Positions 19,570 through 29,803 of a DNA stretch of 64,000 nucleotides are shown piece by piece. Origin of the DNA: a bacterium (GTDB taxonomy: Bacteria; Calditrichota; Calditrichia; RBG-13-44-9; J042); assembly GCA_015485355.1 (NCBI GenBank), contig WFTQ01000089.1:54264-118263 (forward strand), in the 5' to 3' direction. The position numbers and the translations under genes are program-made. The notes under the pieces are model-generated. The model worked only from the letters and a program-made list of their open reading frames with translations, searched no databases and had not been told where the DNA came from. Every line of letters begins with the position of its first letter. The first letter of the stretch is position 1.

Positions 19570-19967
19570 GGTTCCGGTTCGGTTGATATAATGAGCTTTT
19601 CCACACCGCTTTGTTTGGCGATATCCATTAGTTTAACCACCAAGCCGTGAGGCACCGTTTTATCCGCCGCGATGATGAGGCTGCGGTCCGAACTTTCGGC
19701 CATGGTTTTTTTCAGCAATTCCGGCAAAGAAGCTATATCGATCGTCTCTCCCCCAAAGATAAGCTTCTCATCCGCGGTGACCGTGAGAACGGCCTTTTCG
19801 ATCCGCTGTAATTCGGTGGATTTGGCCTTGGGTAAGTCCAGCTTAACCCCGGGCTGCTCCAGAAAGGTGGAGGTTACCGCAAAGAAAATGATCAGGATGA
19901 ACAGTACATCGACTAACGGGGTGATGTTGATGAGCGCCCGCGTTTTCTTTTCCGGCAAAAGTTTCAT
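19566..19967 (-). CDS. exbD: Biopolymer transport protein ExbD/TolR
   Basis: 133 aa. INITPLVDVLFILIIFF TM segment typical of ExbD. Its start overlaps the holB stop by 4 nt, and the exbB stop overlaps its start by 4 nt. Confidence 0.75.
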   Translation of the reverse strand: MKLLPEKKTRALINITPLVDVLFILIIFFAVTSTFLEQPGVKLDLPKAKSTELQRIEKAVLTVTADEKLIFGGETIDIASLPELLKKTMAESSDRSLIIAADKTVPHGLVVKLMDIAKQSGVEKLIISTEPEP

Positions 19968-20620
19968 TGCGACCTAAAATTTAGAGATTCTTGCGTCACT
20001 GTTGGCGAAACGCCCTTTTGCATGCGAATGATCTTATTGATCAGGGTCAGCGTATATCTTTCGATGTCCAGGATCAGTCCTTCGGCACGGGACTGAAAGT
20101 AGTTGAAAAAGATGAGGGCGGGGATGCCGATGATCAGTCCCGTTGCCGTGGTGACCAAAGCCTCGGATATCCCCCCGGATAAAGCCTTGGCCTGTCCCAC
20201 CCCCAGGGTCTGAATCACGTTAAAGACTTTTATCATGCCCAGAACAGTGCCCAGCAGACCCAGGAGGGGGGCCACGCCGGCAATGGTCTCCAGCATGGGC
20301 AAGCCGCGATTGAGGGTGCGGACTTGCTGGCGCCCTTCGTCCTCGACCATGGCCCGCAACTCGTCCAGGGGAAGATCGCGATTGTCTATACAGGTTACAA
20401 CGATCCGGGAGAAGGGACCGTCAAACTTTTCGCTGATGGAGCGTGCCAGGGCAAAGTCCTCCGGTGTCTTGATCTGATCGATGACGGCGATGATCTGAGG
20501 GATCAGAATCCGCTTGCGACGCAGACTCCAGAAGCGCTCCAGAATGATTGCCACGGCCAGAACGGAGCTCAGAATGAGCGGATACATCATCCAGCCGCCT
20601 TTTTGAAAAATTTCCAGCAT
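19964..20620 (-). CDS. exbB: MotA/TolQ/ExbB proton-channel protein
   Basis: Three TM helices. Conserved LGLLGTVLGMIKVF and SEALVTTATGLIIGIPA motifs. Confidence 0.75.
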   Translation of the reverse strand: MLEIFQKGGWMMYPLILSSVLAVAIILERFWSLRRKRILIPQIIAVIDQIKTPEDFALARSISEKFDGPFSRIVVTCIDNRDLPLDELRAMVEDEGRQQVRTLNRGLPMLETIAGVAPLLGLLGTVLGMIKVFNVIQTLGVGQAKALSGGISEALVTTATGLIIGIPALIFFNYFQSRAEGLILDIERYTLTLINKIIRMQKGVSPTVTQESLNFRSQ

Positions 20621-20652
20621 AAACCTCTCCTTTCGTCCTCAACGGGGTCGCT

Positions 20653-21564
20653 TTATTTCGAATAATACTCCCGTAAATTGGGATAGATCATCTTCATGGT
20701 AACGGTCAAATAAGGATCCGGAAAATCTTCCGGTAAAGGCAAAAAAGGGAACGTGCTTTCGATGGCGCTGACGCTGCTCTCCTGGAGGGAGTGGTGACCG
20801 ACCTGCCGGAGCACTTTTAAGTCGTGCAACCTTCCCCCGCGGTCGATTCTGAATTGCACGATGGTATAGCCGAAGATGAGTCCCAGCCGGTAATACGCCG
20901 GCGGGGCATACCAGTGGCGCTTCAGTTTCCGCTGAAATTCCAGCATGTAAGGAGCCCATTCCCATTTATAGGTGCTCAAAGCAAAATCGCCCACCAGCTC
21001 GGCGTCCACTTCCTTCTGGGTCACTTCACTCTCGCCTTCCCGATGGTCGGGGTCTTCCCGGGTTTCCGTATCGGGTTCCCCTGTGAGCAGGGACTTGGAA
21101 AATAGGGGCGGTGGATTGTAAGCCAGGACCGCGGCTTGATTGTCGAAGGTTTTAAACGGGGTGGCGGTTTCCGACTTTTCCGGAGCGCTGGATTGGAGCT
21201 CCGCCTCGGCGCGCGGTGCTGGAGAGTTGGGGGTCCTTTGCGAGGCTGACGGAGCCGCAGAACGGGAAAACTCACCGGAAATAAACGGGGTCTGATCCGG
21301 TCTTTCCTGATTGGCGTTTGGGTTTTCCTTCAATTCGTAAAAACGTTCCTCCAGAGGTAAAGGCTCCGGTTGAAGAGGGCGGGGCTGTTCGAAAACCAGA
21401 GTGATGGGTTGCGGTGCTTCAGTAACATCCGCCGGGGGCTCGTAGGAAAAAATGTCGGTTGAGGTGAAGAGCAGCAGGAAGAGAATGTGCAACAACACCG
21501 AAACAATCAGGGTGTAGAAAAATATTTTGCGCTCTTTGTCTTTCATGGATCCAGAGTATTCCAC
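20653..21564 (-). CDS. TonB-family energy transducer (N-terminal TM anchor, Pro-rich linker, TonB C-terminal domain)
   Basis: TM FYTLIVSVLLHILFLLLF. Pro-rich PPADVTEAPQPITLVFEQPRPLQPEPLPLEE. C-terminal GYTIVQFRIDRGGRLHDLKVLRQ resembles the TonB C-terminal domain. Confidence 0.55.
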   Translation of the reverse strand: MEYSGSMKDKERKIFFYTLIVSVLLHILFLLLFTSTDIFSYEPPADVTEAPQPITLVFEQPRPLQPEPLPLEERFYELKENPNANQERPDQTPFISGEFSRSAAPSASQRTPNSPAPRAEAELQSSAPEKSETATPFKTFDNQAAVLAYNPPPLFSKSLLTGEPDTETREDPDHREGESEVTQKEVDAELVGDFALSTYKWEWAPYMLEFQRKLKRHWYAPPAYYRLGLIFGYTIVQFRIDRGGRLHDLKVLRQVGHHSLQESSVSAIESTFPFLPLPEDFPDPYLTVTMKMIYPNLREYYSK

Positions 21565-21619
21565 CAGGGTTCATTTGATTTGACGATATTTTTACCATTG
21601 GCGCGGTGCAAGAGTTCAT

Positions 21620-21970
21620 TTAATTTTCTTCCAGTACGCGAATGGCATCTTCCAGGGAGTCGAACAGGTGAAACACCCGGGTCAGCTGGGCAATACGAAT
21701 CAGCGATTTTATTTTGTCATTGGCACCGACCAGCAATAAATCGCCCCCCCGGGCATTCGCCTGGCGCTTGCCAAACAGGAAAGCACCCAAACCGGAGCTG
21801 TCCACGTCTTCGACCCCGGCAAGATCCAGGATAATGTGGACCGATCCCTCGGCCAACTGGTTAAACAGCAATTCCTTTAACTCCGGCGCCTTTTCCTGGT
21901 TAAGGTCTCTTTCCTGAAGCTTCAGGATGACCACACCGTTGCGTATCTCTTTGTGATACCGAATGCTCAT
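21620..21970 (-). CDS. STAS-domain protein (anti-sigma-factor antagonist, SpoIIAA-like)
   Basis: 116 aa. LDLAGVEDVDSSGLGAF STAS core with the phosphorylatable Ser region DSSGLG. Confidence 0.7.
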   Translation of the reverse strand: MSIRYHKEIRNGVVILKLQERDLNQEKAPELKELLFNQLAEGSVHIILDLAGVEDVDSSGLGAFLFGKRQANARGGDLLLVGANDKIKSLIRIAQLTRVFHLFDSLEDAIRVLEEN

Positions 21971-22026
21971 CGGGTTTTCCCTTGTGTTTCTTAAAAGTAA
22001 AGTAAATTAAGGCCAAGCTTATCAAA

Positions 22027-22043
22027 TGTCAAAAGATTTGACA
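22027..22043. promoter_or_regulatory. Perfect 7-3-7 palindrome TGTCAAA-AGA-TTTGACA upstream of the STAS/TonB/ExbBD-holB operon
   Basis: Read directly. Lies 57 bp upstream of the STAS start codon within a 315-bp non-coding gap. Contains TTGACA on both strands. Confidence 0.3.
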
Positions 22044-22284
22044 GGTATTTATGCAGAAACGGCTTGGATGGAACGCCGGGGATTCGAATAGATCGGGGGT
22101 ATTTTTCGAGGCTCGGTTTTCTGGGAGAAAAACGGAGAAAAATCACTGGGCGCAAAAACGTTTAAAGACGCCGGCGGCGCATTGATTAAGGATGAACAGG
22201 CGGTCGATTCCGGATATTGCTCCCCGGCGCTCGGACGAAGGCTCAACCTCGAGCCTCGCCCGGGGAGAGTGAAAGGCAATGGTT

Positions 22285-22836
22285 TTATTGAATGATTAGC
22301 TTTTGCGCCTTGTTTTTGTGATAATTCCCGTCTTTTGTCAGGTCGTACATGGCCAGAAGCCTTTCTTTGTCCCAGATCAGCGCCTCGCGGCTGTAATCGG
22401 CAAAGTCGTAGACTTCGGTCAATTCGATGGCCTCCCGGGGACAGGCCTCCTCGCACATGCCGCAATAGATGCACCGCAACATGTCGATTTCAAAAACCAC
22501 CGGATATTTCTCCCGATCGTCCCAGGGGGCCACCCCCCCGATGATGTGGATGCAGTTGGCCGGGCAGGCCGAGGAACACATTTCGCAGGCCACACATTTG
22601 ATGCGTCCCTTCTCGTCCTTGTTCAACCGATGCGCTCCCCGGTAGCCGGGGCGGGGGACCCAGCGCTCCTCGGGAAATTGGATGGTGAATTTCTTTTTGG
22701 GAATGTGGCGACCGGTAATCCGCAGCCCTTTGATGATATTGGGCAGGTAAATCCGCTCCCAGAAGTTCATCTTCGGCACACGCAATTTTTTAACCTTTAT
22801 CATGGCTGCTCCCTTTAATCCCCGTTTGATCCACAC
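22285..22836 (-). CDS. nuoI: NuoI-like 2x[4Fe-4S] ferredoxin subunit of NADH:quinone oxidoreductase, with no other nuo genes adjacent
   Basis: Two CxxCxxCxxxCP motifs, CVACEMCSSACP and CIYCGMCEEACP. NuoI-type N-terminus FWERIYLPNIIKGLRIT. Flanked by more than 240 bp of non-coding DNA on both sides. Confidence 0.7.
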   Translation of the reverse strand: MWIKRGLKGAAMIKVKKLRVPKMNFWERIYLPNIIKGLRITGRHIPKKKFTIQFPEERWVPRPGYRGAHRLNKDEKGRIKCVACEMCSSACPANCIHIIGGVAPWDDREKYPVVFEIDMLRCIYCGMCEEACPREAIELTEVYDFADYSREALIWDKERLLAMYDLTKDGNYHKNKAQKLIIQ

Positions 22837-23080
22837 GCTTTTTATACTTGTGAAATATAATCATGATCGGCACAATTCAAAAATCAATTTGTATTTTTGA
22901 TGAGGCCGGTTTGAGGCGCCGCCCCGGGAAAACGCTGTTCAACGAACCGCTCCCCGGGGGTGTCGAAAACGTAAGGCCGAGTTGGGGGCTTTCTTCGAGA
23001 ATCCTTTTTCCATTGGAATCCTGCAGGAGCAATTCTAAATTTCCTGTTACCGTCAAAAAAGCGTAACGGAAGGGCGCTCC

Positions 23081-24556
23081 ATGCAAGTCAGTCCGGAGCT
23101 GGATCGATTGTTTGAAGCCTTGCTGGGAGAGGAAAAGAAAAGAATATATGAACAAATTGGGTGCCAGCTGGCCCATGCCATCCGCTTTAATCCCTTAAAA
23201 GGACCGATCGAGGCGCAGGGTGAGCTGCTTCGGGAACAGGGATTTCGTTTCGACCCCCTGAAAGGGCTTCCGAACGTATATCGGATGACTCACCAGCCTT
23301 ATCCCATTGGTAAGAGTTTATCTCATTTTATAGGTCATGTCTATGTTCAGGATATTGCTTCGATGATACCACCGTTGGTGCTGGATCCTCAACCCGGGGA
23401 ATGGGTGTTGGATATGTCTGCGGCTCCCGGCTCTAAGACCACTCAGATGGCCGCCATGATGGCGAACCGGGGGGTTATCCTGGCCAACGATGTGGTTATG
23501 AAGCGCATTCGGGCTCTGATCAACAACCTCCAGCGGATGGGGGTGACCAACACGGCGATTTTCAAGTGGTTTGGCGAACAGTTGGGTAATCAGTATTTCG
23601 AACGCTTTGACCGGGTGTTGTTGGACCCCGCCTGTTCCGGATTGGGTACGCTTCACAAAAATCCGGAGGTGCTGTCCTGGTGGACTCCCAATCATTGCCG
23701 GCGGCTGGCCTCCAGCCAGAGGAAACTGTTAATCAGTGCTATAAAAGCCGTCAAACCGGGAGGGGTGCTCATCTATTCCACCTGTACCCTGACGCCGGAA
23801 GAAAACGAAGAGGTCATTGAGTTTGCCATCAAAAATTTTCCAGTGGCATTGGAACCGATTGAAGTGGCCGGTTTGAAAACGCGGCCGGGGTTGACGCGGT
23901 TCCGGGACAAGAGGTTCCCTCCGGAGATGCAGAAAGCCCTCCGACTGTATTCTTTTGAAAACAACACGGAAGGATTTTTTATCGCCCGCTTGCGGAAGTT
24001 GGAGAGCTTACCTCCACCCCGCCTGAAGAAGCCGCGGCAGGAACTCCGGATGGAATGGTTGTCCCCGAAAAGCTCCCCGGTCAAAAAGTATCTGGACCAT
24101 TTAAGCCGGCATTTTGATTTACCCGACGGCACATTCGAATCGTTCGTGTTTCACTATCAACGCCGGGTTGTGGCCTTAAGCCGAGAAATGGGCGAATTTC
24201 CTTTTTACGGAAAGCCGGTGCAGATGGGGCTGGTACTGGCGCACATCATGAGTCAGGGAGCAAAATTTACCACCGAAGGTGCTCAGCTGCTGGGAAACCG
24301 CGCCCGCAAGATGGTGCTGGATGTGCCGGATCTGGAAACGTTGGAGGCTTTTGTCAATCGGGCCGAGGTGCCCTTAACCGTGGAGGGTAAAGGCCAGGTG
24401 CTGGTTCGTTATCGGGGATTAATCATTGGTTACGGCATCGCCGATGAGGGACGTCTGAAAAGCCAGTTCCCCAAAAGCGAGTGGCCCTTTCGGCTGATGC
24501 CGGCCCCTCCGTCCGGATCGGATGAATGCCCCAAGAGCGAAAAGCGCCTGCAGTGA
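23081..24556 (+). CDS. rRNA (cytosine-C5)-methyltransferase, NOL1/NOP2/Sun (RsmB/RsmF) family
   Basis: SAM motif LDMSAAPGSKTTQ. Catalytic DPACSGLGTL (motif IV) and STCTL (motif VI) cysteines. Confidence 0.75.
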   Translation: MQVSPELDRLFEALLGEEKKRIYEQIGCQLAHAIRFNPLKGPIEAQGELLREQGFRFDPLKGLPNVYRMTHQPYPIGKSLSHFIGHVYVQDIASMIPPLVLDPQPGEWVLDMSAAPGSKTTQMAAMMANRGVILANDVVMKRIRALINNLQRMGVTNTAIFKWFGEQLGNQYFERFDRVLLDPACSGLGTLHKNPEVLSWWTPNHCRRLASSQRKLLISAIKAVKPGGVLIYSTCTLTPEENEEVIEFAIKNFPVALEPIEVAGLKTRPGLTRFRDKRFPPEMQKALRLYSFENNTEGFFIARLRKLESLPPPRLKKPRQELRMEWLSPKSSPVKKYLDHLSRHFDLPDGTFESFVFHYQRRVVALSREMGEFPFYGKPVQMGLVLAHIMSQGAKFTTEGAQLLGNRARKMVLDVPDLETLEAFVNRAEVPLTVEGKGQVLVRYRGLIIGYGIADEGRLKSQFPKSEWPFRLMPAPPSGSDECPKSEKRLQ

Positions 24557-24671
24557 TATATCGGCATGGGGTTTCCCGGAAAAAACCAGCGGATGGGCGC
24601 GATACAGGTTAACCAAGGAAACGAAAATGCGTATCCGTTTCGAGGATTGGGATCAAAAACGGTGACCGGGC

Positions 24672-27230
24672 TTGCGTGGAATAGTCTTGACAACGGGAGC
24701 GGGGATCATACTGTTGGGGTGGCTGTCGGCCTTGCCGGCACAACGCCCTGCGATGTTACCCGTCGATACGGTTTGGGTGGACACCACCCGGACTTTGAAG
24801 ACGGAAGAACGATCCAGCGGCCTGGAGGGGCCCGTTAAATACTGGGCCGAGAATATCTATTTTTCTGTGAGGGGTAAAACGACCACGTTGATCGGTAATG
24901 TGAAGCTGGAATACCAGAATATTACCTTAACCGCTGGTAAGGTTGTCATCGATTGGCAACAGAATCGTCTGGTGGCCGAGGGGTTGCCGGATTCCACCGA
25001 CGCCTCCGGCAATGTGATCTATACCGATTTGCCGGTATTGACGGAGAAGGGTGACGAGCCCATCCAGGGGCGGCGTCTGGAATACGATTTCAGAAATCAG
25101 CGGGGAAAAATTCTGGTGGCTCATACCAAAATGGAGCCCGGATATTATAAGGGACAATTGATTAAAAAAATGGGGAAAAAGACCCTGCTCATTCGAGATG
25201 GGTATTTTACCACCTGCGAACTCCCCGATCATCCTCACTTTTATTTCAAAAGCAAAAAGATGCGTGTGGTCGTGAACAAACGGGCGGTGGCCAAACCGAT
25301 TGTTCTGTACATTGCCGATGTGCCCGTAGCGGCTGTTCCCTTCGGGGTGTTTCCCCTGGAGCGGGGACGTCGTTCCGGTTTTGTCATGCCCAAGTACGGG
25401 GAAAGCCGTTTCGGCGGACGTTACCTGAGTCAGTTTGGATACTATTGGGCGGCTTCCGATTACTGGGATGCGACCCTGCTGGCCGATTTTTATGAGAGAA
25501 CCGGTATGGCTTTTCAGGGGGAATTGCGGTACAAAAAGCGCTATTCTTTTAATGGGAACATTAACGGAGTGTACATGCCGCGGGACATCAGCACCGGCCG
25601 TCCTCTAAGGCGCTGGCGCATCAGCTTTACTCACTCTCAAAAATTGGGGCAAACGGCTACCCTTTCGGGCAGCGGCACCTTTGTCAGCGACCGAACGTTT
25701 CAGCAACAATTTTCCCAGGATATCCGACAACGCTTGAATCAGAGCTTGACCACCAACATCAATTTTCGGAAAAACTGGCCCGGGTCCAAAAATTCGTTGT
25801 CGGCTTCCTTTACCCGGGTGGAAAATCTGCAAACGGGTCAGATCGATTATGAATTTCCCAATGTAATCTTTTCCATGCCTTCCCGCAGCTTTTTCCCGGC
25901 CCGGAAGGGACAATCCCGTCGCTGGTACAACGATATTCGTTACAGTTACCGGACGAACCTGAAGTCCAAGGGAGTTATACCCGGGAAAGAGGGTGCCGCC
26001 ATCCGTCGCACCATTCGTTCGGGTTGGGTGCATAATGCCACGATCAGCTTTAACGCAAAGATTTTTCGCTATTTTTCCTTTCAACAGAGTGCCCGCTTTC
26101 AAGAATTATGGGTACCTCAATATCTGGAATATCGCTGGGTGGATTCTCTGAATACGGCGGTTCCGGACACGATCAACGCTTTCCGGGCCCGGCATACCTT
26201 TGGTTTAAACCTGGGAACCCGCACCAAGTTGTATGGCATCTGGAATGTGCCGGTGAGTCCCCTCCGGGCTATCCGGCACACGATGGAGCCCTCCGTCAGT
26301 TTTTCTTTTTCCCCCGATTTCACCGATCCGGCGTTTGGTTACGTACAGACGTTTCGCGATAGCACTGGAAGGCAGATCAAGAAAGACCGTTTCGCAGGCA
26401 ATATTTTTGGCGGCACCGCCAAAAGCGCGGTGCAAGGCCTGAGTATCGCTGTCACCAACCTTTTTCAGGGAAAATGGATTCGGAATAAGGAGGAGAAAAA
26501 GATCGATTTGTTTCGCGCAGAGCTGAGGACCTCGTACAATTTCTTAAGGGACAGTCTGAAATGGGGGGATATCCGTGTCAATATCAATAGCCTGTTGAGC
26601 CGCCGATTAAAGATGAATGCCGGGGCCAGGTATTCATTGTATCAGGCGGGAACGGGGGGGCGCGGTAAAGTGGACCGTTACGTGTGGGACGGAAAACGAT
26701 TCGCGTTGCCCCGTTTGCTGAACTGGAGTGTGCGGGTGAGCACCGATTTTCAGCTGAGGCCTCCGGAGCGGGAAGAAAAAAAAGAGGATAGAGTGGCCCG
26801 GGCGGATACCGCGGGGGTGATCGGTGGAGTGCCGTTGGGCGGCGGACCGCTGATTCAGGATATCACCCGGGATCCAGAGTTGGAGGCGTTAAGTCGCTTC
26901 AAGCTGCCCTGGCAACTGGATGGGGTGCTGGACTACCGGTATAGCTGGAGCGCCCCGGACTTCCGTTCTCAGAGTTTGAACGTCCAACTCAATGCCCGGG
27001 TGCAACTGACCCGCAACTGGCGGGTGAACTATAGTGCCCGGATCGATATTCTGAATAAAGAACTGAGCTATCAGCGTTTTGCTGTCTATCGGGACTTGCA
27101 TTGTTGGGAAATGAGCTTTTCCTGGCAACCGACTTTTGGATACTACCAGCTGGAAATTCGCGTAAAGGCGTCGGCCCTGAGGGATCTCAAGATCACGAAA
27201 ACCGCCGGCGGCCGGGCGGTTATCCGTTGA
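24672..27230 (+). CDS. LptD-like outer-membrane beta-barrel protein (OstA-like N-terminal domain)
   Basis: 852 aa. N-terminal OstA-like segment GKVVIDWQQNRLVAEG...GRRLEYDFRNQRGKIL. Long alternating beta-strand region. C-terminal aromatic-rich end. Confidence 0.55.
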   Translation: MRGIVLTTGAGIILLGWLSALPAQRPAMLPVDTVWVDTTRTLKTEERSSGLEGPVKYWAENIYFSVRGKTTTLIGNVKLEYQNITLTAGKVVIDWQQNRLVAEGLPDSTDASGNVIYTDLPVLTEKGDEPIQGRRLEYDFRNQRGKILVAHTKMEPGYYKGQLIKKMGKKTLLIRDGYFTTCELPDHPHFYFKSKKMRVVVNKRAVAKPIVLYIADVPVAAVPFGVFPLERGRRSGFVMPKYGESRFGGRYLSQFGYYWAASDYWDATLLADFYERTGMAFQGELRYKKRYSFNGNINGVYMPRDISTGRPLRRWRISFTHSQKLGQTATLSGSGTFVSDRTFQQQFSQDIRQRLNQSLTTNINFRKNWPGSKNSLSASFTRVENLQTGQIDYEFPNVIFSMPSRSFFPARKGQSRRWYNDIRYSYRTNLKSKGVIPGKEGAAIRRTIRSGWVHNATISFNAKIFRYFSFQQSARFQELWVPQYLEYRWVDSLNTAVPDTINAFRARHTFGLNLGTRTKLYGIWNVPVSPLRAIRHTMEPSVSFSFSPDFTDPAFGYVQTFRDSTGRQIKKDRFAGNIFGGTAKSAVQGLSIAVTNLFQGKWIRNKEEKKIDLFRAELRTSYNFLRDSLKWGDIRVNINSLLSRRLKMNAGARYSLYQAGTGGRGKVDRYVWDGKRFALPRLLNWSVRVSTDFQLRPPEREEKKEDRVARADTAGVIGGVPLGGGPLIQDITRDPELEALSRFKLPWQLDGVLDYRYSWSAPDFRSQSLNVQLNARVQLTRNWRVNYSARIDILNKELSYQRFAVYRDLHCWEMSFSWQPTFGYYQLEIRVKASALRDLKITKTAGGRAVIR

Positions 27231-27253
27231 TCCACCCCCCAAAGGATGGGGCC

Positions 27254-29290
27254 TTATTGTCCGCCGGTATCAATCACCTCCGCCTCAATGATCTTATCAA
27301 AAGGCAAGATGCGGTCAACCACGTCCATGCCTGCAACCACCCGTCCAAAGGCGGTGTATTGGCCGTTCAGATGGGGTTGGGGGGTGTGAGTAATGAAAAA
27401 CTGGCTTCCCCCGGTGTCCTTGCCTGCATGAGCCATCCCCACAGTGCCGCGATCGTAGGGCATGTCGTTATATTCACAAGGGATGGTGTAACCCGGTCCC
27501 CCCCATCCGTCGCCGCGGGGGTCTCCGCCCTGAATCACAAATCCCGGCACCACCCGATGGAAAAACAACCCATTGTAAAAGCCTCGACGCACCAGGTACA
27601 AAAAGTTGGCCACCGTAATGGACGCTTTATGAGGATAGAGTTCCAGAATAATATGACCTTCCGTAGTTTTTAACAGCACGCGCGGACGCGATTGGGCAGG
27701 GACCTCGGGAAAATCCCACCGGGTCATGGCGCGGCTGGGTGCCTTCGGAAAAGGTAAGGTGGTGTCCTGCAAAAGGCGCGTCAACGCCCGGTGGGCCGAC
27801 CGGCGTATGGGCAGAAAAGGATTCTGCAATTCCTTTTCCAGCAACGGTATGGCCGAGGGATGATTCAGGCTGTCCAGAGCACCGATAATGGCCTCCATGG
27901 CCTCCACATCCCGGGGAGCTTGCAACTGAGAGTAGACTTCCATTAACGGTTGCAGGGTCAAGGTGTCTTTTAAAACACCGAGTTGCAAAGCGGCAATGGT
28001 GGTAATGGCGGGGTCCATTAATCGGAGCTTCTCGATCAGAAACCCCGGGGTGACTTCCGGCCGGCCTTTTAAAGCTTCCAGGGTGACACTCACCTGAGAC
28101 AGATTGCGGGAATCGGCCAGTTCCAGTAACATCTCGGTGGCTTCTTTCCGCTGGATGTGTTGGAGGGCCTGAATAAAATAATAATTTTGTGGCCATGGAG
28201 TGTGTTCATAGCGGTCTTCGATAAATCGGAGCGCTTCTATGGGGCGCAGTTGTGCCAGGGCAACCAGCGCTTCTCCCTGGATTCGCCAGTCCCGTGCTTC
28301 CCGGACTATGTTGCGGAGCCGGGCGATGGCGAAAACCGTTTTATGGATCGCCAGGGTTCGGATGGCCTGAATCACAACATACGGATGATCCTCCTTCAGG
28401 GCCTCGGCGATGACCCGTTGAAAATCGGGTTGAGCAAGGGTTTCCAGAAATTGAATCCGGGCCAGGGTGGCGTACCATACGGAATCGGGTTCCTGCTGCA
28501 ACAAGGTGCGGATAAAGCGCCGGGAAGTGTACAGTCGATAAGCCTCGTTGACCGCATCGAACTTACGCAGGGGTTTGATATTGGGCGATTTCATCAGGGC
28601 GGCGACCCTTTCCAAACCCCGGTAGACGAAGTACCGTACCATGGGGTCGGGGTCGTTACGGGCTTCCATCAGGGGGGTCAAGCTGGTGGGAGGGGCCATC
28701 CGGAACAGGGCATACGCCGCCGACCAGCGCACTGTGGCCGACGGAGAGAATTTCAACAGGATATCCAGCAGCGCGCTGTTGGTAAAAGGGGGAAGGTTGC
28801 GATAGGCCAGTAATCCCGAGGCAATGGCGGCGGCGAACTGGGCCCCGGAGTCCGCGTTGCGGAAAAGATAACGGCGCAGGGCGGCAAAGGAATGTTCCGT
28901 GCCACATTTTCCCAGGGCTTCCAGTATCGCCATGCGCTGGGGCAAAGGGGGGCGGGTGTTCAGGTAATCCAGGAGCACGGGTTCGGCCCGGGGATCGAAA
29001 GTCTGGCCCAGGGCAAAAATGGCCGCCCGGCGAATGGTATCCTGCCGATCCGACAGCCCTTGGCTGAGTAGTGGGATGAACCGAGGCAATTGCAGGCGAC
29101 CCAGCATTTCCACCGTCGCCAGTCGAACCCGCCAATCGGGATGCTGCATCCAGGCCGTAACCTTCAGCGAGTCCGGCTGTCGAGTATATTCCATCTGGCG
29201 CAGTTGCTGAAAGATCAACCGCTCTTCCAGCCTTCCACAGGATAAAAGCAACCCCATTGCCAAAACTGCCCCTACGATTGCTCGGTACAT
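27254..29290 (-). CDS. Lipoprotein fusing N-terminal HEAT repeats to a C-terminal cyclophilin-type peptidyl-prolyl isomerase
   Basis: Lipobox LLSCG. Multiple PBS-lyase/HEAT repeats (VRLATVEMLGRL..., RRSAHRALTRL). C-terminal cyclophilin core FHRVVPGFVIQGGDPRGDGWGGPGYTIPCEY...GMAHAGKDTGGSQFFITH. Confidence 0.7.
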   Translation of the reverse strand: MYRAIVGAVLAMGLLLSCGRLEERLIFQQLRQMEYTRQPDSLKVTAWMQHPDWRVRLATVEMLGRLQLPRFIPLLSQGLSDRQDTIRRAAIFALGQTFDPRAEPVLLDYLNTRPPLPQRMAILEALGKCGTEHSFAALRRYLFRNADSGAQFAAAIASGLLAYRNLPPFTNSALLDILLKFSPSATVRWSAAYALFRMAPPTSLTPLMEARNDPDPMVRYFVYRGLERVAALMKSPNIKPLRKFDAVNEAYRLYTSRRFIRTLLQQEPDSVWYATLARIQFLETLAQPDFQRVIAEALKEDHPYVVIQAIRTLAIHKTVFAIARLRNIVREARDWRIQGEALVALAQLRPIEALRFIEDRYEHTPWPQNYYFIQALQHIQRKEATEMLLELADSRNLSQVSVTLEALKGRPEVTPGFLIEKLRLMDPAITTIAALQLGVLKDTLTLQPLMEVYSQLQAPRDVEAMEAIIGALDSLNHPSAIPLLEKELQNPFLPIRRSAHRALTRLLQDTTLPFPKAPSRAMTRWDFPEVPAQSRPRVLLKTTEGHIILELYPHKASITVANFLYLVRRGFYNGLFFHRVVPGFVIQGGDPRGDGWGGPGYTIPCEYNDMPYDRGTVGMAHAGKDTGGSQFFITHTPQPHLNGQYTAFGRVVAGMDVVDRILPFDKIIEAEVIDTGGQ

Positions 29291-29803
29291 GGCCGCCTCC
29301 TGTTTTGGTACCGTCTGAGTTTAGCCATTTTTTCCGGTAAATAGCAAATCAATTGAGTGGAATCCGTTCCCGTTGCTCCTGAAATGATGTTGAAATGTCG
29401 ACAACAATGCCGACAGACTTTAGGGGAAGAAAAATTGGTTCAAAGGCATCCCCTCCGGCGCAATCCAACGCTCCTCCTATGCTTCCTTTTAGAGCCTGAC
29501 CGAACCGGGTTGAGGATTCCCGATAAGATCAGACGCTTTTTGCAGAACACTTAAAACCGCACCAAAGGCGGTTGCGGTCAATACCGTAGAGATTTATACG
29601 GTATTCATTGTGATTTCCGAAGAAGTGAAGGCTGTAATATCTTCCACCGTAATCTTCCCATAAGGTGCAGAATCAATGCAGAAGGGTGTGGCAACGGGGT
29701 TCATCGGCGTTTCCACAAGCATGGGGGTTGCCTTTTTTATTGCGGGAATGGGGAATGCTGTTTCCGGTTCGCTGGCCTCGGTGAAGGCAGACCGGTGTAG
29801 GGA

